From positions 192,001 through 256,000 of the forward strand of contig JBDHZC010000003.1 in assembly GCA_039811685.1 (NCBI GenBank): a DNA stretch of 64,000 bases, written 5' to 3'. The stretch comes from Armatimonadota bacterium (lineage in GTDB: Bacteria > Armatimonadota > UBA5829 > DSUL01). Below are positions 10,801-19,682 of this stretch, in pieces. Under the pieces are notes generated by a model, which was given only the letters and a program-made list of their open reading frames with translations, was not told where the DNA came from and searched no databases. A program made the position numbers and the translations under genes. Numbering within the stretch: position 1 is the first letter of the stretch; every line of letters starts with the position of its first letter.

Positions 10801-10891
10801 CTATGACAAAGGTTTTACTTATAACTTTAACTCTGGCGCGGGGTTCACAATCTACAATAGCGCCGAGTGGACGGCCAAGCCAGAGCGGTGA
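7853..10891 (+). CDS. Secreted heparinase II/III-like polysaccharide lyase family protein
   Basis: Signal peptide; AYLYTGDKTYARKAAIILD, HHGHADRLNIGMYAFG-VDLAPDLGYPE, NNTLSHNTVIVDG, YGVDIFRVAGG; two CxxC motifs near the N-terminus. Confidence 0.8.
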   Translation: MHSLLPGLRRPATVWRATMVIALLATCVPVSSARDCGGIYTAQRIANTRRNCSRYGWARDLKAKALEAARPWKDMSDEALWRMVPGQDLPRCIDVSWDYNLEPHRVGCLNCGSKIDGFGNYPYRPDIPARTWKLTCPSCGAVFPTNDFGKYYQSAIDEHGLFNPAKGDRSLLFNTDHPDPSDPLHTYGVDDGFGYKAADGRTYKFVGYYTWKLWRELLGGLQRLSEAYLYTGDKTYARKAAIILDRIADVYPSMDWKTYADMGWYHSDGSSHKGKIEGCIWETGVVRWMADSYDMILSGTVDNPELYAFLSDRAKAYALPRPKGTRDLFVANVDDNILRCAAQAIKDGRIRGNEGMHQSAMAALATALNTDPETSQWLDYIFAPEGGAIPGVIVGKIDRDGFGGEGAPGYSLLWNSVIADLAERLATFPAYNRHSIFRDFPQFRRSYTSAWRACVLGLSTPSIGDSGATGLLAAINVDPERMARGFYYLRDAEIARATWEANGKSAKGLHGTVFDPDPEKLAEDIEKAAKSQTQQSVSSRNLAGFGLADLESGGAKDGTALWLYYGRMDHHGHADRLNIGMYAFGVDLAPDLGYPEFAADWPHRYAWTNNTLSHNTVIVDGAPQERNLSGRPLWFRQFDGIGAAQIESPGVYPGTSLYGRTIALVQSPGGAYGVDIFRVAGGKEHVFSFHGPPGPLAADGLSLTAQPRGTYAGPNIAFASLDAAVPLGFSFLYNVSRDTRPSSSFALDWKAEAGYRSVIDKDDIHLRLHSLTSLSEVALADGDPPQNKPGNPRRIRYALLKRSGQNLASAFVSILEPYKQKPFIDRASSLLVSGSDSSRAVRVALKDGSVDCILSSVDGQRIEAGGITTDASLAFLRFSNGRIKQAALFGGTSLQYGDFTLNAQAPIRGKVVKWDEGLNGKGRIWVQADIADAGALTGEQIVIENDGALNACYDIRSVIRDGKLWCVDCGDVSFVRGYLDASNYDKGFTYNFNSGAGFTIYNSAEWTAKPER

Positions 10892-10900
10892 ACAGATCAG

Positions 10901-11617
10901 GTGACTCAGCGCTCTGCAGGCGGCTCTGCTATCAGAGTGCTGGATGAACATCACGCTTCCCTGCTGGGATGCTCTGCTGAGGACCTGCGTTCCGGCGAAT
11001 TGAGAGTTGTGAAGAGTCCCCACCGCAACATTCGCATTGCCAAGGGCTGCCCGCTGCCGGCTTTTGCTATGGATACAGGCGAAGGGACACTGTATTCAGT
11101 CCGGCCGGATCTCTGTGAGGCTGTCAGCGACGCGGTTCGGAGCTCTCAGAATCTCAATGAGGTCACCTGTCAGAGAGTCGAAACTGCTCTCGCGGGGTGG
11201 GTGTCAGAAGTGGAGTGGTTTCGTGGTGTCCGGCTCTGGCTCGACACACAACACTTCATCGATTGCCAGAAGAACGGCGTTGTGGACATCAGCGAGTCTC
11301 ACGCTACGGGGAAAAATCTGAGGCGCATCTGGGGCGGTCCGGTGTTTGCTCATCTCATAGATGGGGCGCCCGTCTCCTGGGCTGCCGTCAAGCTCATTGG
11401 TCAAAAAGTCTGGGATGTCGGCTGTGTTGAAACACTGCCTGGTTTTCGCGGTCAGAGCTACGCCCGAAGCGTCGTATCTGTCGCTCTGAAGTATATCTTC
11501 GATGCCGGCCGCCTGGCCTGCTGGGGCACCGACGCCGACAACGCCGCGTCTCTCCGGACTGCCAGAGCGCTTGGTTTCCAGCGCTATGCGCTGGAACATG
11601 GGTGTTTTGTCCTGTAA
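10901..11617 (+). CDS. GNAT family N-acetyltransferase
   Basis: VETLPGFRGQSYARSVV (acetyl-CoA motif A) and DNAASLRTARALGF. Confidence 0.8.
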   Translation: MTQRSAGGSAIRVLDEHHASLLGCSAEDLRSGELRVVKSPHRNIRIAKGCPLPAFAMDTGEGTLYSVRPDLCEAVSDAVRSSQNLNEVTCQRVETALAGWVSEVEWFRGVRLWLDTQHFIDCQKNGVVDISESHATGKNLRRIWGGPVFAHLIDGAPVSWAAVKLIGQKVWDVGCVETLPGFRGQSYARSVVSVALKYIFDAGRLACWGTDADNAASLRTARALGFQRYALEHGCFVL

Positions 11618-11780
11618 GGACGGCGGCAGTTTGCCAAAACTCGCTATACATGAGTCTCAGTCAACTGAGTCCGCAATCGGCAAGTCGCCGATCTTGCGAT
11701 AGTCTCAGGTTGCCTGGGGCAAGGAAGCGCGCTCAGAGAGCTGTGTCGTCACAAGTGTCAAAATCTGGAGGAGATCAGCA

Positions 11781-12710
11781 GTGAGTCAGGTCGGAAAACT
11801 CGAAAAAGTAAGCATTCAATCCGTTTGGCGAACAGAGCCGGAGTTTACGAGATGGCTTGAGCAGAATCCAGACACGCTCAGCGAGACGCTCGGTACGGCT
11901 ATCGAATCTCTGACGCGTGAAATGTCCGCAGGCGACTTCTTCGTAGATCTGGTCGGCGAAGATGGATCCGGTGGAAAGGTAGTTATTGAAAATCAGTACG
12001 GAAAAAGCGATCACGACCATCTGGGCAAAGTCCTGACATACCTTGCGGCTTTTGAAGCTGTAACGGCGGTCTGGATTGTAGAGACACCACGTCCTGAACA
12101 TGTCAAAGCTTTTGCCTGGTTGAACGATGCGTCCTCAGCCAGCTTCTATCTGGTTCAGATGCAGGCCGTCCGTATTGGAGACTCTGCGCCGGCCCCGCTT
12201 CTCACGCTCATTCTTGGCCCAAGTGAGGAGCGCGGGAGGGTCGGCGAGATTAAGAGGACACTTCGCGAAAGGCAACAGGTGCTATTGGAGTTCTGGACGA
12301 TATTTGCTGAAGCGTTAAAAAAAGCTGGGGATAGTGCGCATGCGCATCTCAAACCTACCTATGGCGATTGGCTATCCACTGCGGCAGGGATTACTGGATT
12401 GGGATACGCGTACGTCCTTTTGAACGATAGCGCCCGAATCGAGCTCTATATAGACAAAGACACCACAGAAGCAGAAAATCGCGAATTGTTTGACAGATTG
12501 CTCAGCCATAAAGAGGCCATCGAGCGCGACTTCGGCGCCCCTTTAGATTGGGAGGCGCTTGACGGCAAGCGCGCAAAAAGAATTGCCTGGCGGACCGATC
12601 TGGGCGGGATCAAGAACCGCAAGAAATGGCCACAGCTTCAGGCGGAGCTCATTGACCGCATGCACCGCTTCATGAATGCGCTGAATCCGTATGTATCGGC
12701 ACTGAAATAG
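11781..12710 (+). CDS. DUF4268 domain protein with an N-terminal NucS-like PD-(D/E)xK domain
   Basis: FTRWL...VDLVGED...VVIENQYGKSDHDHLGKVLTYLA; C-terminal IELYID...LFDRLLSHKEAIERDFGAPLDW. GGAGG RBS before the GTG. Confidence 0.8.
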   Translation: MSQVGKLEKVSIQSVWRTEPEFTRWLEQNPDTLSETLGTAIESLTREMSAGDFFVDLVGEDGSGGKVVIENQYGKSDHDHLGKVLTYLAAFEAVTAVWIVETPRPEHVKAFAWLNDASSASFYLVQMQAVRIGDSAPAPLLTLILGPSEERGRVGEIKRTLRERQQVLLEFWTIFAEALKKAGDSAHAHLKPTYGDWLSTAAGITGLGYAYVLLNDSARIELYIDKDTTEAENRELFDRLLSHKEAIERDFGAPLDWEALDGKRAKRIAWRTDLGGIKNRKKWPQLQAELIDRMHRFMNALNPYVSALK

Positions 12711-12731
12711 ACTGTCTATTCAGCCGACTTA

Positions 12732-12761
12732 GCGGAAGCGTGCCACCTTGCACACTTCCGC
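12732..12761. terminator. Hairpin between convergent genes (possible terminator)
   Basis: GCGGAAG-C-GTGC pairs with GCAC-A-CTTCCGC; no clear U tract. Confidence 0.35.
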
Positions 12762-12784
12762 CCCGGTCTCAGGCTAGATGTGGC

Positions 12785-13516
12785 CTAGAACGCCCAGGTT
12801 GCGCCGAGCGCCAACTGATTCCTGAAGCCCTGCCCGAGATTAGCCAGGCCAATATCCAGATTCAGGTTCTTGTTGACGACATAGCGGGCGGCAAGGTCGC
12901 TCCATGTTTTGGATCCAACCTGCTGGCGAACTTCCGTGCCAACAATCAGGTTCTTGGTGACAAAGATCGCAACTAGCCCCTCAAAGCGGACTTTGTGGCT
13001 GCCCAGTCCGTACACTCCCTGACCAAGAGACGGGGTCGAACGAACGCCCGCGCTCAGGATGATCGGGTGGTCTTTCACGTCCGAAAACACCTTCGTCGCT
13101 ACAATCCCGTACTCCTGATCAGACTTGGACCCGTCCAGATCGCGGTGCAGGACCCACACAGCCACAGCCGGGGAGTTCTTCGTTTCCGCAACAAACTGAT
13201 ACTTGGCGTGAACGATATTCTGGTCTTTGAGACCGGGCACATCCACAAATACCCGCGTGTAGCCGATGTCCGCTTTTCCGCCTAGCCCATGTGTTACGCT
13301 GGCCGAGTGGACGGCTCCAACCTGATCCAGACTCACGTAGTGATAGGCCACTTCCGTCTTGTTCGCGCCGAGAGGATAGGCCAGCGCGTTCAAAAAGACG
13401 CCGTTTTGCCCTTCCCAGTTGAGCGCCGCATGCGCCCCGGGCGCAGGCAGGATCAGCGCAGCCGAAACCGCAAGGGCGGCGACAGTTACAAGGCGGTGAG
13501 AGATTTTGATATGCAT
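12785..13516 (-). CDS. Predicted outer-membrane beta-barrel protein (DUF3034-like)
   Basis: Signal peptide ending AHA-A, then WEGQNGVFLN, alternating amphipathic strands and a C-terminal aromatic residue (..ATWAF). Confidence 0.6.
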   Translation of the reverse strand: MHIKISHRLVTVAALAVSAALILPAPGAHAALNWEGQNGVFLNALAYPLGANKTEVAYHYVSLDQVGAVHSASVTHGLGGKADIGYTRVFVDVPGLKDQNIVHAKYQFVAETKNSPAVAVWVLHRDLDGSKSDQEYGIVATKVFSDVKDHPIILSAGVRSTPSLGQGVYGLGSHKVRFEGLVAIFVTKNLIVGTEVRQQVGSKTWSDLAARYVVNKNLNLDIGLANLGQGFRNQLALGATWAF

Positions 13517-13553
13517 TTGATAGCTTCCTTTTTCTTGTTCTTTTGTTTGTATC

Positions 13554-14912
13554 CTAGACTAGGCTGGATGCAACGCCGAGGGTAGAGCCTGGCTGTCCGG
13601 CGACTGTCTGGCTGGCAGCCAGAGCCTGCTCGAGGTCCGCGATGATGTCATTCACATCCTCGATGCCGACCGAGAGCCGGACGTAGTCTTCGCTGACTCC
13701 CGACGAGGCTTGTTCTTCAGGCGTTAACTGTTGATGCGTCGTTGATGCGGGATGAACGATGAGGCTCTTGGCATCTCCCATATTCACCAGATGCGAGAAC
13801 AGCTTTACACTGTCAATCAAGCGGATACCGGCCTCACGGCCTCCTTTGATTCCGAATCCGATCATGGCGCCGAAACCCTCCTTCAGAAAGCGTGCTGCGC
13901 GGTCGTGGTCACGGTGGGACGGCAGGCCCGGGTAATTCACCCATGTCACGGCCGGGTTGCTCTCCAGCCACTCGGCCACGCGCAGCGCGTTCTCTGAGTG
14001 TTTGCGGATACGCAGTGGCAGGGTCTCCAGGCCCTGCAGGAAGAGAAACGCGTTGAACGGAGACAGCGCCGGTCCGATATCGCGCAGGAGCTGAACTCTG
14101 GCCTTGATGATATAGGCTATCCCGGGAACAACGGCCTGGTCGTGGCTACCAAACGCCGCCCAGTAGTTTACGCCATGATAAGACGGGTCTGGTTCGGTGA
14201 TCTCGGGAAACTTGCCGTTGTCCCAGTTGAACGTTCCCAGCTCCACGATCGCACCGCCGATGCTCGTCCCGTGTCCCCCGATGAACTTTGTCAGAGAATA
14301 GACAACGATGTCCGCGCCGAGCTCTTTGAGCCGCAGAAGAGGAGGCGGGCTGACCGTGTTGTCCACAATGAACGGAATCCCGTGCCGATGAGCGACCTCG
14401 GCAATAGCGGGGAAATCGTCCACGTTGTTGGCCGGATTGCCGATTGACTCTGTATAGACGAGGCGTGTATTTTCATCAATCGCCTTCTCGATATTGGACG
14501 GATCCGAGGAGTCCACAAAACGCACCTGGATGCCCAGCTTCGGCAGTGTATAGTGGAAGAGATTGAACGTCCCGCCATAAAGGCAGGTTGTGGACACGAT
14601 ATTCTGCCCGGCTTGCGTGATGTTCAGAATCGCCAGCGTGATCGCAGACTGACCTGACGCCAGGGCCAGCGCTCCGGTTCCACCGTCAAGCTCTGCCAGA
14701 CGCTTCTCGAGCACATCTGTCGTCGGGTTCATAATACGGGTGTAGATGTTGCCGAACTCGCGCAAACCGAAGAGATTCGCTGCGTGCTCCACAGAATTGA
14801 ACACGTACGACGTAGTTTGATAGATGGGCACGGCCCGAGAGTTTGTGGCCGAATCCGGCGTCTGTCCTCCGTGGAGGGCGACGGTATCTGGACGGAATCC
14901 GTTGGCGGACAA
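13554..14912 (-). CDS. metY: O-acetylhomoserine/O-acetylserine sulfhydrylase (PLP-dependent)
   Basis: [42 protein letters not shown] (PLP lysine), [26 protein letters not shown]. Confidence 0.92.
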   Translation of the reverse strand: MSANGFRPDTVALHGGQTPDSATNSRAVPIYQTTSYVFNSVEHAANLFGLREFGNIYTRIMNPTTDVLEKRLAELDGGTGALALASGQSAITLAILNITQAGQNIVSTTCLYGGTFNLFHYTLPKLGIQVRFVDSSDPSNIEKAIDENTRLVYTESIGNPANNVDDFPAIAEVAHRHGIPFIVDNTVSPPPLLRLKELGADIVVYSLTKFIGGHGTSIGGAIVELGTFNWDNGKFPEITEPDPSYHGVNYWAAFGSHDQAVVPGIAYIIKARVQLLRDIGPALSPFNAFLFLQGLETLPLRIRKHSENALRVAEWLESNPAVTWVNYPGLPSHRDHDRAARFLKEGFGAMIGFGIKGGREAGIRLIDSVKLFSHLVNMGDAKSLIVHPASTTHQQLTPEEQASSGVSEDYVRLSVGIEDVNDIIADLEQALAASQTVAGQPGSTLGVASSLV

Positions 14913-14936
14913 AGTGCTTACCTCCTAATATCTGAT

Positions 14937-14996
14937 AATATTGAGTGATTTAGTCAGGATTTGAGAAGTATAGCTGTCACACCAGACGGCTGTCAA
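14937..14996 (-). promoter_or_regulatory. sigma70 promoter plus Rrf2-family (IscR/CymR-like) operator upstream of metY
   Basis: Minus strand TTGACA(14996-14991)-18 nt-TATACT(14972-14967), then AATCCTGACT-AAATC-ACTCAATATT, which resembles the IscR type-1 core YYGACT-RWWWY-AGTCRR. An AGGAGGT RBS follows. Confidence 0.65.
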
Positions 14997-15187
14997 GAGG
15001 TCTGGCGCAAAAAAGCGCAATATTAGAAAATTCTCAGAAAGGAGATTGGGTGTCGTTTGGAATCAGGCGTCAGGGCGCCGCGCCCTCTAAGACGAGGCCG
15101 GAATACCTGGACTCCGTTTCTCGCTCGGCCTGACTGTGTCTGATTGTGTTCGAACTGCACCGCTAATGGCAGACTGTGGTCTCAACC

Positions 15188-17266
15188 TCAGTTCCGTTCG
15201 AACCTGAAGTTCCTCACTAGAAACGGTTTCGGCCCCAGCAGGCGAAAGTCTGCGAGCATGTTCTGTCCCCCTGCAAGGCTTGCGTTCGGAAGGCGTACGG
15301 AAGCGCGCTTCCAAGTCTTTGTGTTCCCAGTCTGGATACTTTCGGCGGGGTGGTATTGCTGGTCGGTGTCGTACTGTGAATCGTACTGGAGTGAGATGGA
15401 CGCATCGCCTGAGTCGAAGTAGTCAAAACTGAAGAGATAGTCTCCGGGGCCGCTCGCCTTCATGGGCGTCACATCGAAGTAGATACAGCGCGACTCCTCA
15501 GATGTCGTCAGCGCCCATCTGCCGCCCACTTTATCGAGCGCCCACGTTCCGTCTCCGCCTCGCAGCACTCTCAGACCCGGATCGTTGTAAACCGCTTTCA
15601 GCTGCGACGCAAGGTCAGAAATTGTGTCAATGCGCTGCATAAGATAAGGCTTCACCAGCGGATTGGACAGCAGGCTCACCGTAGCTTCAACTGCCTGTTC
15701 CTGCCGGTTCTGGCTCAGCAGCTTTTCGATTTGCCTGGCCGCTACAGAGATCGGGTCCTGTCCGGTCAGGCCTGAAAGCGCCTGTGTGACGGAGTTGGCG
15801 AAGCCCCGCGCGTTTGGTGGCGTGTTGCCTTGTTCTGAGACCTTCAAAACTGCAGCAGCGGCGCTGGATGCGCGAGCTTTTGTAGAGTCTGTGCCGTCCA
15901 GGGCATACAGAGACGTATAGAGGAAGGCTTGTTTCACGCTTCTCCAGAACGGAGCGCGGCCGACATAGGCTTGAACCGTGGCCGTAAGAGCTCGCGATTC
16001 CTCAGACGGAGCTTTGTCCACTACCCTGCGAGCGGCCTGCTCAGCAATGCGCAGTGCCCAGTCCGTTGTCTGTGCCTCCGCATCCACGAGTTCGACAGTC
16101 TGTTCTGTCGGCTTCAGAAGCATCGCTGCTGTGGTCTGCACTTTGCCGGAAGATCGGTGTTCCAGTTCCTCGCGCATAGCAGTATAGCTGCGCATCCGGC
16201 CGTCTTCCGTGAGAAAGTCTTGCCCCAGTCCGCTAATCATCAAAGCTCGTGCTGAAGCGATCCACTTCAGGGCTTCTGTCGCATCCTGTGACGCCTCTGC
16301 AAATCGTTTTGAAGTGACAGCGCGCCATACTTCGTCAATATTCTGAAATGGCGCCTGTGCCAGAGCATACGCGGCGTCAAGATTCAGTTGGTTCAGAGCC
16401 GGCTTCGCAGTAGCTCCGGCTGTTGCGCGAATCACAATGCCTGCTTTACCGAGTAGCGCAGCGTCAGCTGCCTGCGCCGCCATTTCGTCCATCCTTGTCA
16501 CGGGAAGCTGTGGTTGCAGCGCCTGGCCGTTTGAGGCGTCCACGATCGCCGTGTTTTTCGGGACATCATTCTCGGATGTGAGTATCTTTTTGACGGAACG
16601 CCTGTGCGCTTCAGCGATGACTGCCGGATCGTTGCGCAAAGCCTTGTCAACTATCCACCCCACAACGGGCAGTCTGCGCTTGAGTGTTGCGCTGTCAACA
16701 TTGGCGATATGGCAACTTCGGGCGTAGATCCCGGCGATATTATTGAACTGAAAGCGCAGCCCGGCGCCCGTCAGCGCGCGATCTGCCTCTGAAGGGAGCG
16801 CTTCCCGCTCCAGGCCACTGTCTGGCGCAGTCCCGGCTGAGAACACTTCGATCTTTCCGAGACGTCCGCCGGGACCCAGTTTTCTGGCCCACACGCGCAG
16901 CGTTGTGACATCCCATTCTGGCGCGCCCCGGGCGCCGAACCCAACCGCAACGTAGCCGTCTGGGAGCAGGATTTCCGCTTCCAGCACATGATCTGGCTCG
17001 CTGCCTGCGCGCTCTGTTTTGGGGTCCACAAGCCGTCCGTCTGCGCTTACGCGGTGGTATCGGCAGAGCATCGTCGTGATGTTGTCCTGATGAGCCCGAA
17101 AGCCCAGCCCTGTGATAACGCTGCCGGCTGGTACATCTATGCGGACCTCGGTCATCTCCTGAACATCAATGCGCTGCCCAAATGTGATCACGTTGCTGTG
17201 GGCGGTGGAGGCAAAGCGTAGCAGAAGAAGTGTGCTCGCGAAAGCCAGCCAGGTGACTTTTTTCAT
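15188..17266 (-). CDS. Secreted hypothetical protein with a 3-fold repeated N-terminal domain and a C-terminal beta-sandwich-like domain
   Basis: MKKVTW...STAHS signal peptide at 17266. Repeats are PAGSVITGLGFR / PDGYVAVGFGAR / DRALTGAGLR. C-terminus YFDV...FDYFDSG...LQYDS...TKTWKRA...GGQN..ADFRL. Confidence 0.6.
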   Translation of the reverse strand: MKKVTWLAFASTLLLLRFASTAHSNVITFGQRIDVQEMTEVRIDVPAGSVITGLGFRAHQDNITTMLCRYHRVSADGRLVDPKTERAGSEPDHVLEAEILLPDGYVAVGFGARGAPEWDVTTLRVWARKLGPGGRLGKIEVFSAGTAPDSGLEREALPSEADRALTGAGLRFQFNNIAGIYARSCHIANVDSATLKRRLPVVGWIVDKALRNDPAVIAEAHRRSVKKILTSENDVPKNTAIVDASNGQALQPQLPVTRMDEMAAQAADAALLGKAGIVIRATAGATAKPALNQLNLDAAYALAQAPFQNIDEVWRAVTSKRFAEASQDATEALKWIASARALMISGLGQDFLTEDGRMRSYTAMREELEHRSSGKVQTTAAMLLKPTEQTVELVDAEAQTTDWALRIAEQAARRVVDKAPSEESRALTATVQAYVGRAPFWRSVKQAFLYTSLYALDGTDSTKARASSAAAAVLKVSEQGNTPPNARGFANSVTQALSGLTGQDPISVAARQIEKLLSQNRQEQAVEATVSLLSNPLVKPYLMQRIDTISDLASQLKAVYNDPGLRVLRGGDGTWALDKVGGRWALTTSEESRCIYFDVTPMKASGPGDYLFSFDYFDSGDASISLQYDSQYDTDQQYHPAESIQTGNTKTWKRASVRLPNASLAGGQNMLADFRLLGPKPFLVRNFRFERN

Positions 17267-17585
17267 AATCCCGAGTTCCTCTTGTTTTGTACCAGGTCTG
17301 CGGACGCTTGCGGCTTTCAAGAGTACCCTCTGAAAGAGCTGGCAGAGATTGCGGGACCATGCCGCATGCCAGGGTGGTCCGTTGCGTCCGGCTGGCCAGT
17401 AGTTCATCGCTTCTGCCAGGATTATTAGCGCAAAACCAACATAGCCGGTGAGAACAGACCCAGGCTCACTTCGTTAGTCTGAAGGCGCATCCCTGCCGTG
17501 ACGCAACAGACGGGCAATTCCTCCCACATCAGCGTTCTCTATTCGCTGCAGGAAAACCGCCTCCAATCGTCTGACGTAACGGCAA

Positions 17586-18024
17586 ATGAAGCCGGTATTC
17601 TCCGTAAGGAAATTGGCCGTTGTCACGGTCGCAAGCCTGTGGATGATCCTGATTTTTAGTCCCTGCCCATGCGGATATTGGGCTGCCGATGGTCTTCATG
17701 GTGCTCCCTGCCGCAGTCATGGATCTTTTGGGTTGGGGCTACGCTCGGGGACTACAGACTGCCTGGCATCGCATCTTTGCAGTTACACTTCAGAGTCCCT
17801 GGCTGATGCCTTACGAGAGTGACCTGCACTGGATGGTACCGGCAGCGGCCATGGTACTTTGCGGGTTTTTCTTTCTCGCAAACGTCTGGCTGGAGTACCT
17901 TGTAATGCGGCGCATGGCTCAAGATGTGGAGCGCCGTTTAGTAGGCCGCTGGGTGTGGCTTGCGAATGCCCTGAGCTATGGTCTGATTGAGTTCGCGTTG
18001 CTGGCCGTCCTCATCGGAAACTAA
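17586..18024 (+). pseudogene. Frameshifted membrane-protein gene (signal peptide in one frame, body in another)
   Basis: The frame from 17586 gives MKPV...LWMILI. After the T5 run at 17653-17657, the other frame continues LVPAHA-DIGLPMVF...QSPWLMPYESDLHWMVPAA...ANALSY. Removing one T joins them. Confidence 0.55.
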
Positions 18025-18415
18025 ACAAGCAGCCCACATCCAGTCTCTCTCCATTCTTGTTTCTTCGGCTCTGATGTTTTGCTGAGCTTCGCACTCGCGC
18101 TTTCACTCCGGCTCAGCGAGGATTTTTGCCGCCGCGAGTCAAACACCACAGACGGTATATGTCAGCAGTTCTAAAAACCGGCAGGCTCGGCTCTGGTCAG
18201 CGGCCGCGTCAGATCAACTCCCCGGTCAAGCGCAAGCGTCTGCTCGATAGTGAGCTTCCAGAGAACTCGCCGTCAGCTCACGGGAGTTGTTCCTTCGCAA
18301 GACTCAGACCTCGGAATACAGGCGCTGGTATTATTCAGCCTCTGAGCTGTCAGTGACTATTGGAAGGAAAAGAGGGTTCGGTGCGCGACAGTGAAACACG
18401 GGAGAAGGAGAGGTT

Positions 18416-19255
18416 TTGAGCATCCTGGCTTTTACGCTGATCGTCTGGACTGGGTCGCTGGTCGCGGGCTTCGTCGGTGCGCTAACCGGGCTGGGTGGCG
18501 GTGTCGTTATTGTCCCGCTTCTGGCTCTTGCGCTTGGCGTTGATATACGCTATGCGGTTGGCGCCTCGCTCGTCTCCGTGATCGCCACCTCCTCAGGCGC
18601 AGCCGCCGCATACGTGCGCGAGGGCTTCACTAACATCAGAATTGGCATGCTGCTTGAGATTGCTACCACATTTGGAGCCATCGCCGGAGCCCTTGTCGCT
18701 GCTCTCGTTACTCCTTCCGTAGTGGCCATTATCTTTGGCGGCGTTCTGATTTATTCTGCCTACGCGTCATCCAGGCCAAGGCCGGCGGATGCGCAGAGCG
18801 CGAAGCCGGATCGTCTGGCCTCTCGCTTAAGGCTCAACGGCGCCTATCCGGACAAAGACGGCAAGCTCATCAACTACAGTGTCAGAAATGTGCCGGGTGG
18901 CTTTGCTCTCATGGGGCTGGCAGGCGTGCTCTCGGGGCTGCTTGGGATTGGCTCGGGAGCTGTCAAAGTGCTGGCAATGGATCAGGCGATGCGCATTCCC
19001 TTCAAGGTATCAACGACAACCAGCAATTTCATGATTGGTGTGACAGCAGCGGCCAGCGCGGGAGTATATCTGCACCGCGGGTACATAGATCCGGGGCTTG
19101 CGATGCCAGTGATGCTGGGCGTTCTCATTGGCTCCCTTGTCGGCGCGCGTGTTCTGGCGCACTCTCACCCCGCCATACTGCGCAAGGTCTTTGCGGTAGT
19201 GATTCTGGCGCTCGGATTGGAAATGATCTTCAATGGTCTCACAGGGCGAATCTAA
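18416..19255 (+). CDS. Sulfite exporter TauE/SafE (DUF81) family membrane protein
   Basis: GALTGLGGGVVIVP, YAVGASLVSVIATSSGAAAAY, SGLLGIGSGAVKV, STTTSNFMIGVTAAAS. Confidence 0.9.
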   Translation: MSILAFTLIVWTGSLVAGFVGALTGLGGGVVIVPLLALALGVDIRYAVGASLVSVIATSSGAAAAYVREGFTNIRIGMLLEIATTFGAIAGALVAALVTPSVVAIIFGGVLIYSAYASSRPRPADAQSAKPDRLASRLRLNGAYPDKDGKLINYSVRNVPGGFALMGLAGVLSGLLGIGSGAVKVLAMDQAMRIPFKVSTTTSNFMIGVTAAASAGVYLHRGYIDPGLAMPVMLGVLIGSLVGARVLAHSHPAILRKVFAVVILALGLEMIFNGLTGRI

Positions 19256-19646
19256 CAAGCGGCCTCGCAGAAAACTGGCTCTTACGGACGAAGCCATGGA
19301 AACAGCCATCAGTCGGCTCTTGCAGGCGGGCGTCGCTCTGGCGGCTCTCGTTGTGGCGGTGGGGGCAGTGATATATTTGCTTCACCACGCCAACCAGAAA
19401 GCCGCCTACTCAGCATTCCAAAGCGAGCCTTCTCATCTGCGCTATGTCACCTCCATCATCGAATACGCCCGGGATGCAAGTGGCCGGGGGCTTATCCAGC
19501 TCGGGCTGTTGATTCTAATTGCAACTCCTATCGCGCGTGTGGCGTTCTCTGCCATAGCGTTTGCCGTGCAACGAGACTGGCTTTACGTTGGAATCACGCT
19601 GGTGGTGCTTGTTTTGCTGGCAGCAAGCCTTGCCGGCCTGGTTTAG
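19233..19646 (+). CDS. DUF1634 membrane protein
   Basis: ISRLLQAGV...GLIQLGLLILIATPIARV...RDWLYV; usual partner of this TauE subfamily. Confidence 0.85.
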   Translation: MVSQGESNKRPRRKLALTDEAMETAISRLLQAGVALAALVVAVGAVIYLLHHANQKAAYSAFQSEPSHLRYVTSIIEYARDASGRGLIQLGLLILIATPIARVAFSAIAFAVQRDWLYVGITLVVLVLLAASLAGLV

Positions 19647-19682
19647 TGGCCAACTCTGCCAGTATCCTGGCATCGCATAGAC

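Noticed and set aside
11650..11784. Short ORF MSLSQLSPQ... overlapping the DUF4268 start, with small hairpins and a repeated AGTCTCAG
   Set aside because: No RBS, recognisable motif or terminator/antiterminator logic; too weak to call a leader peptide or RNA.
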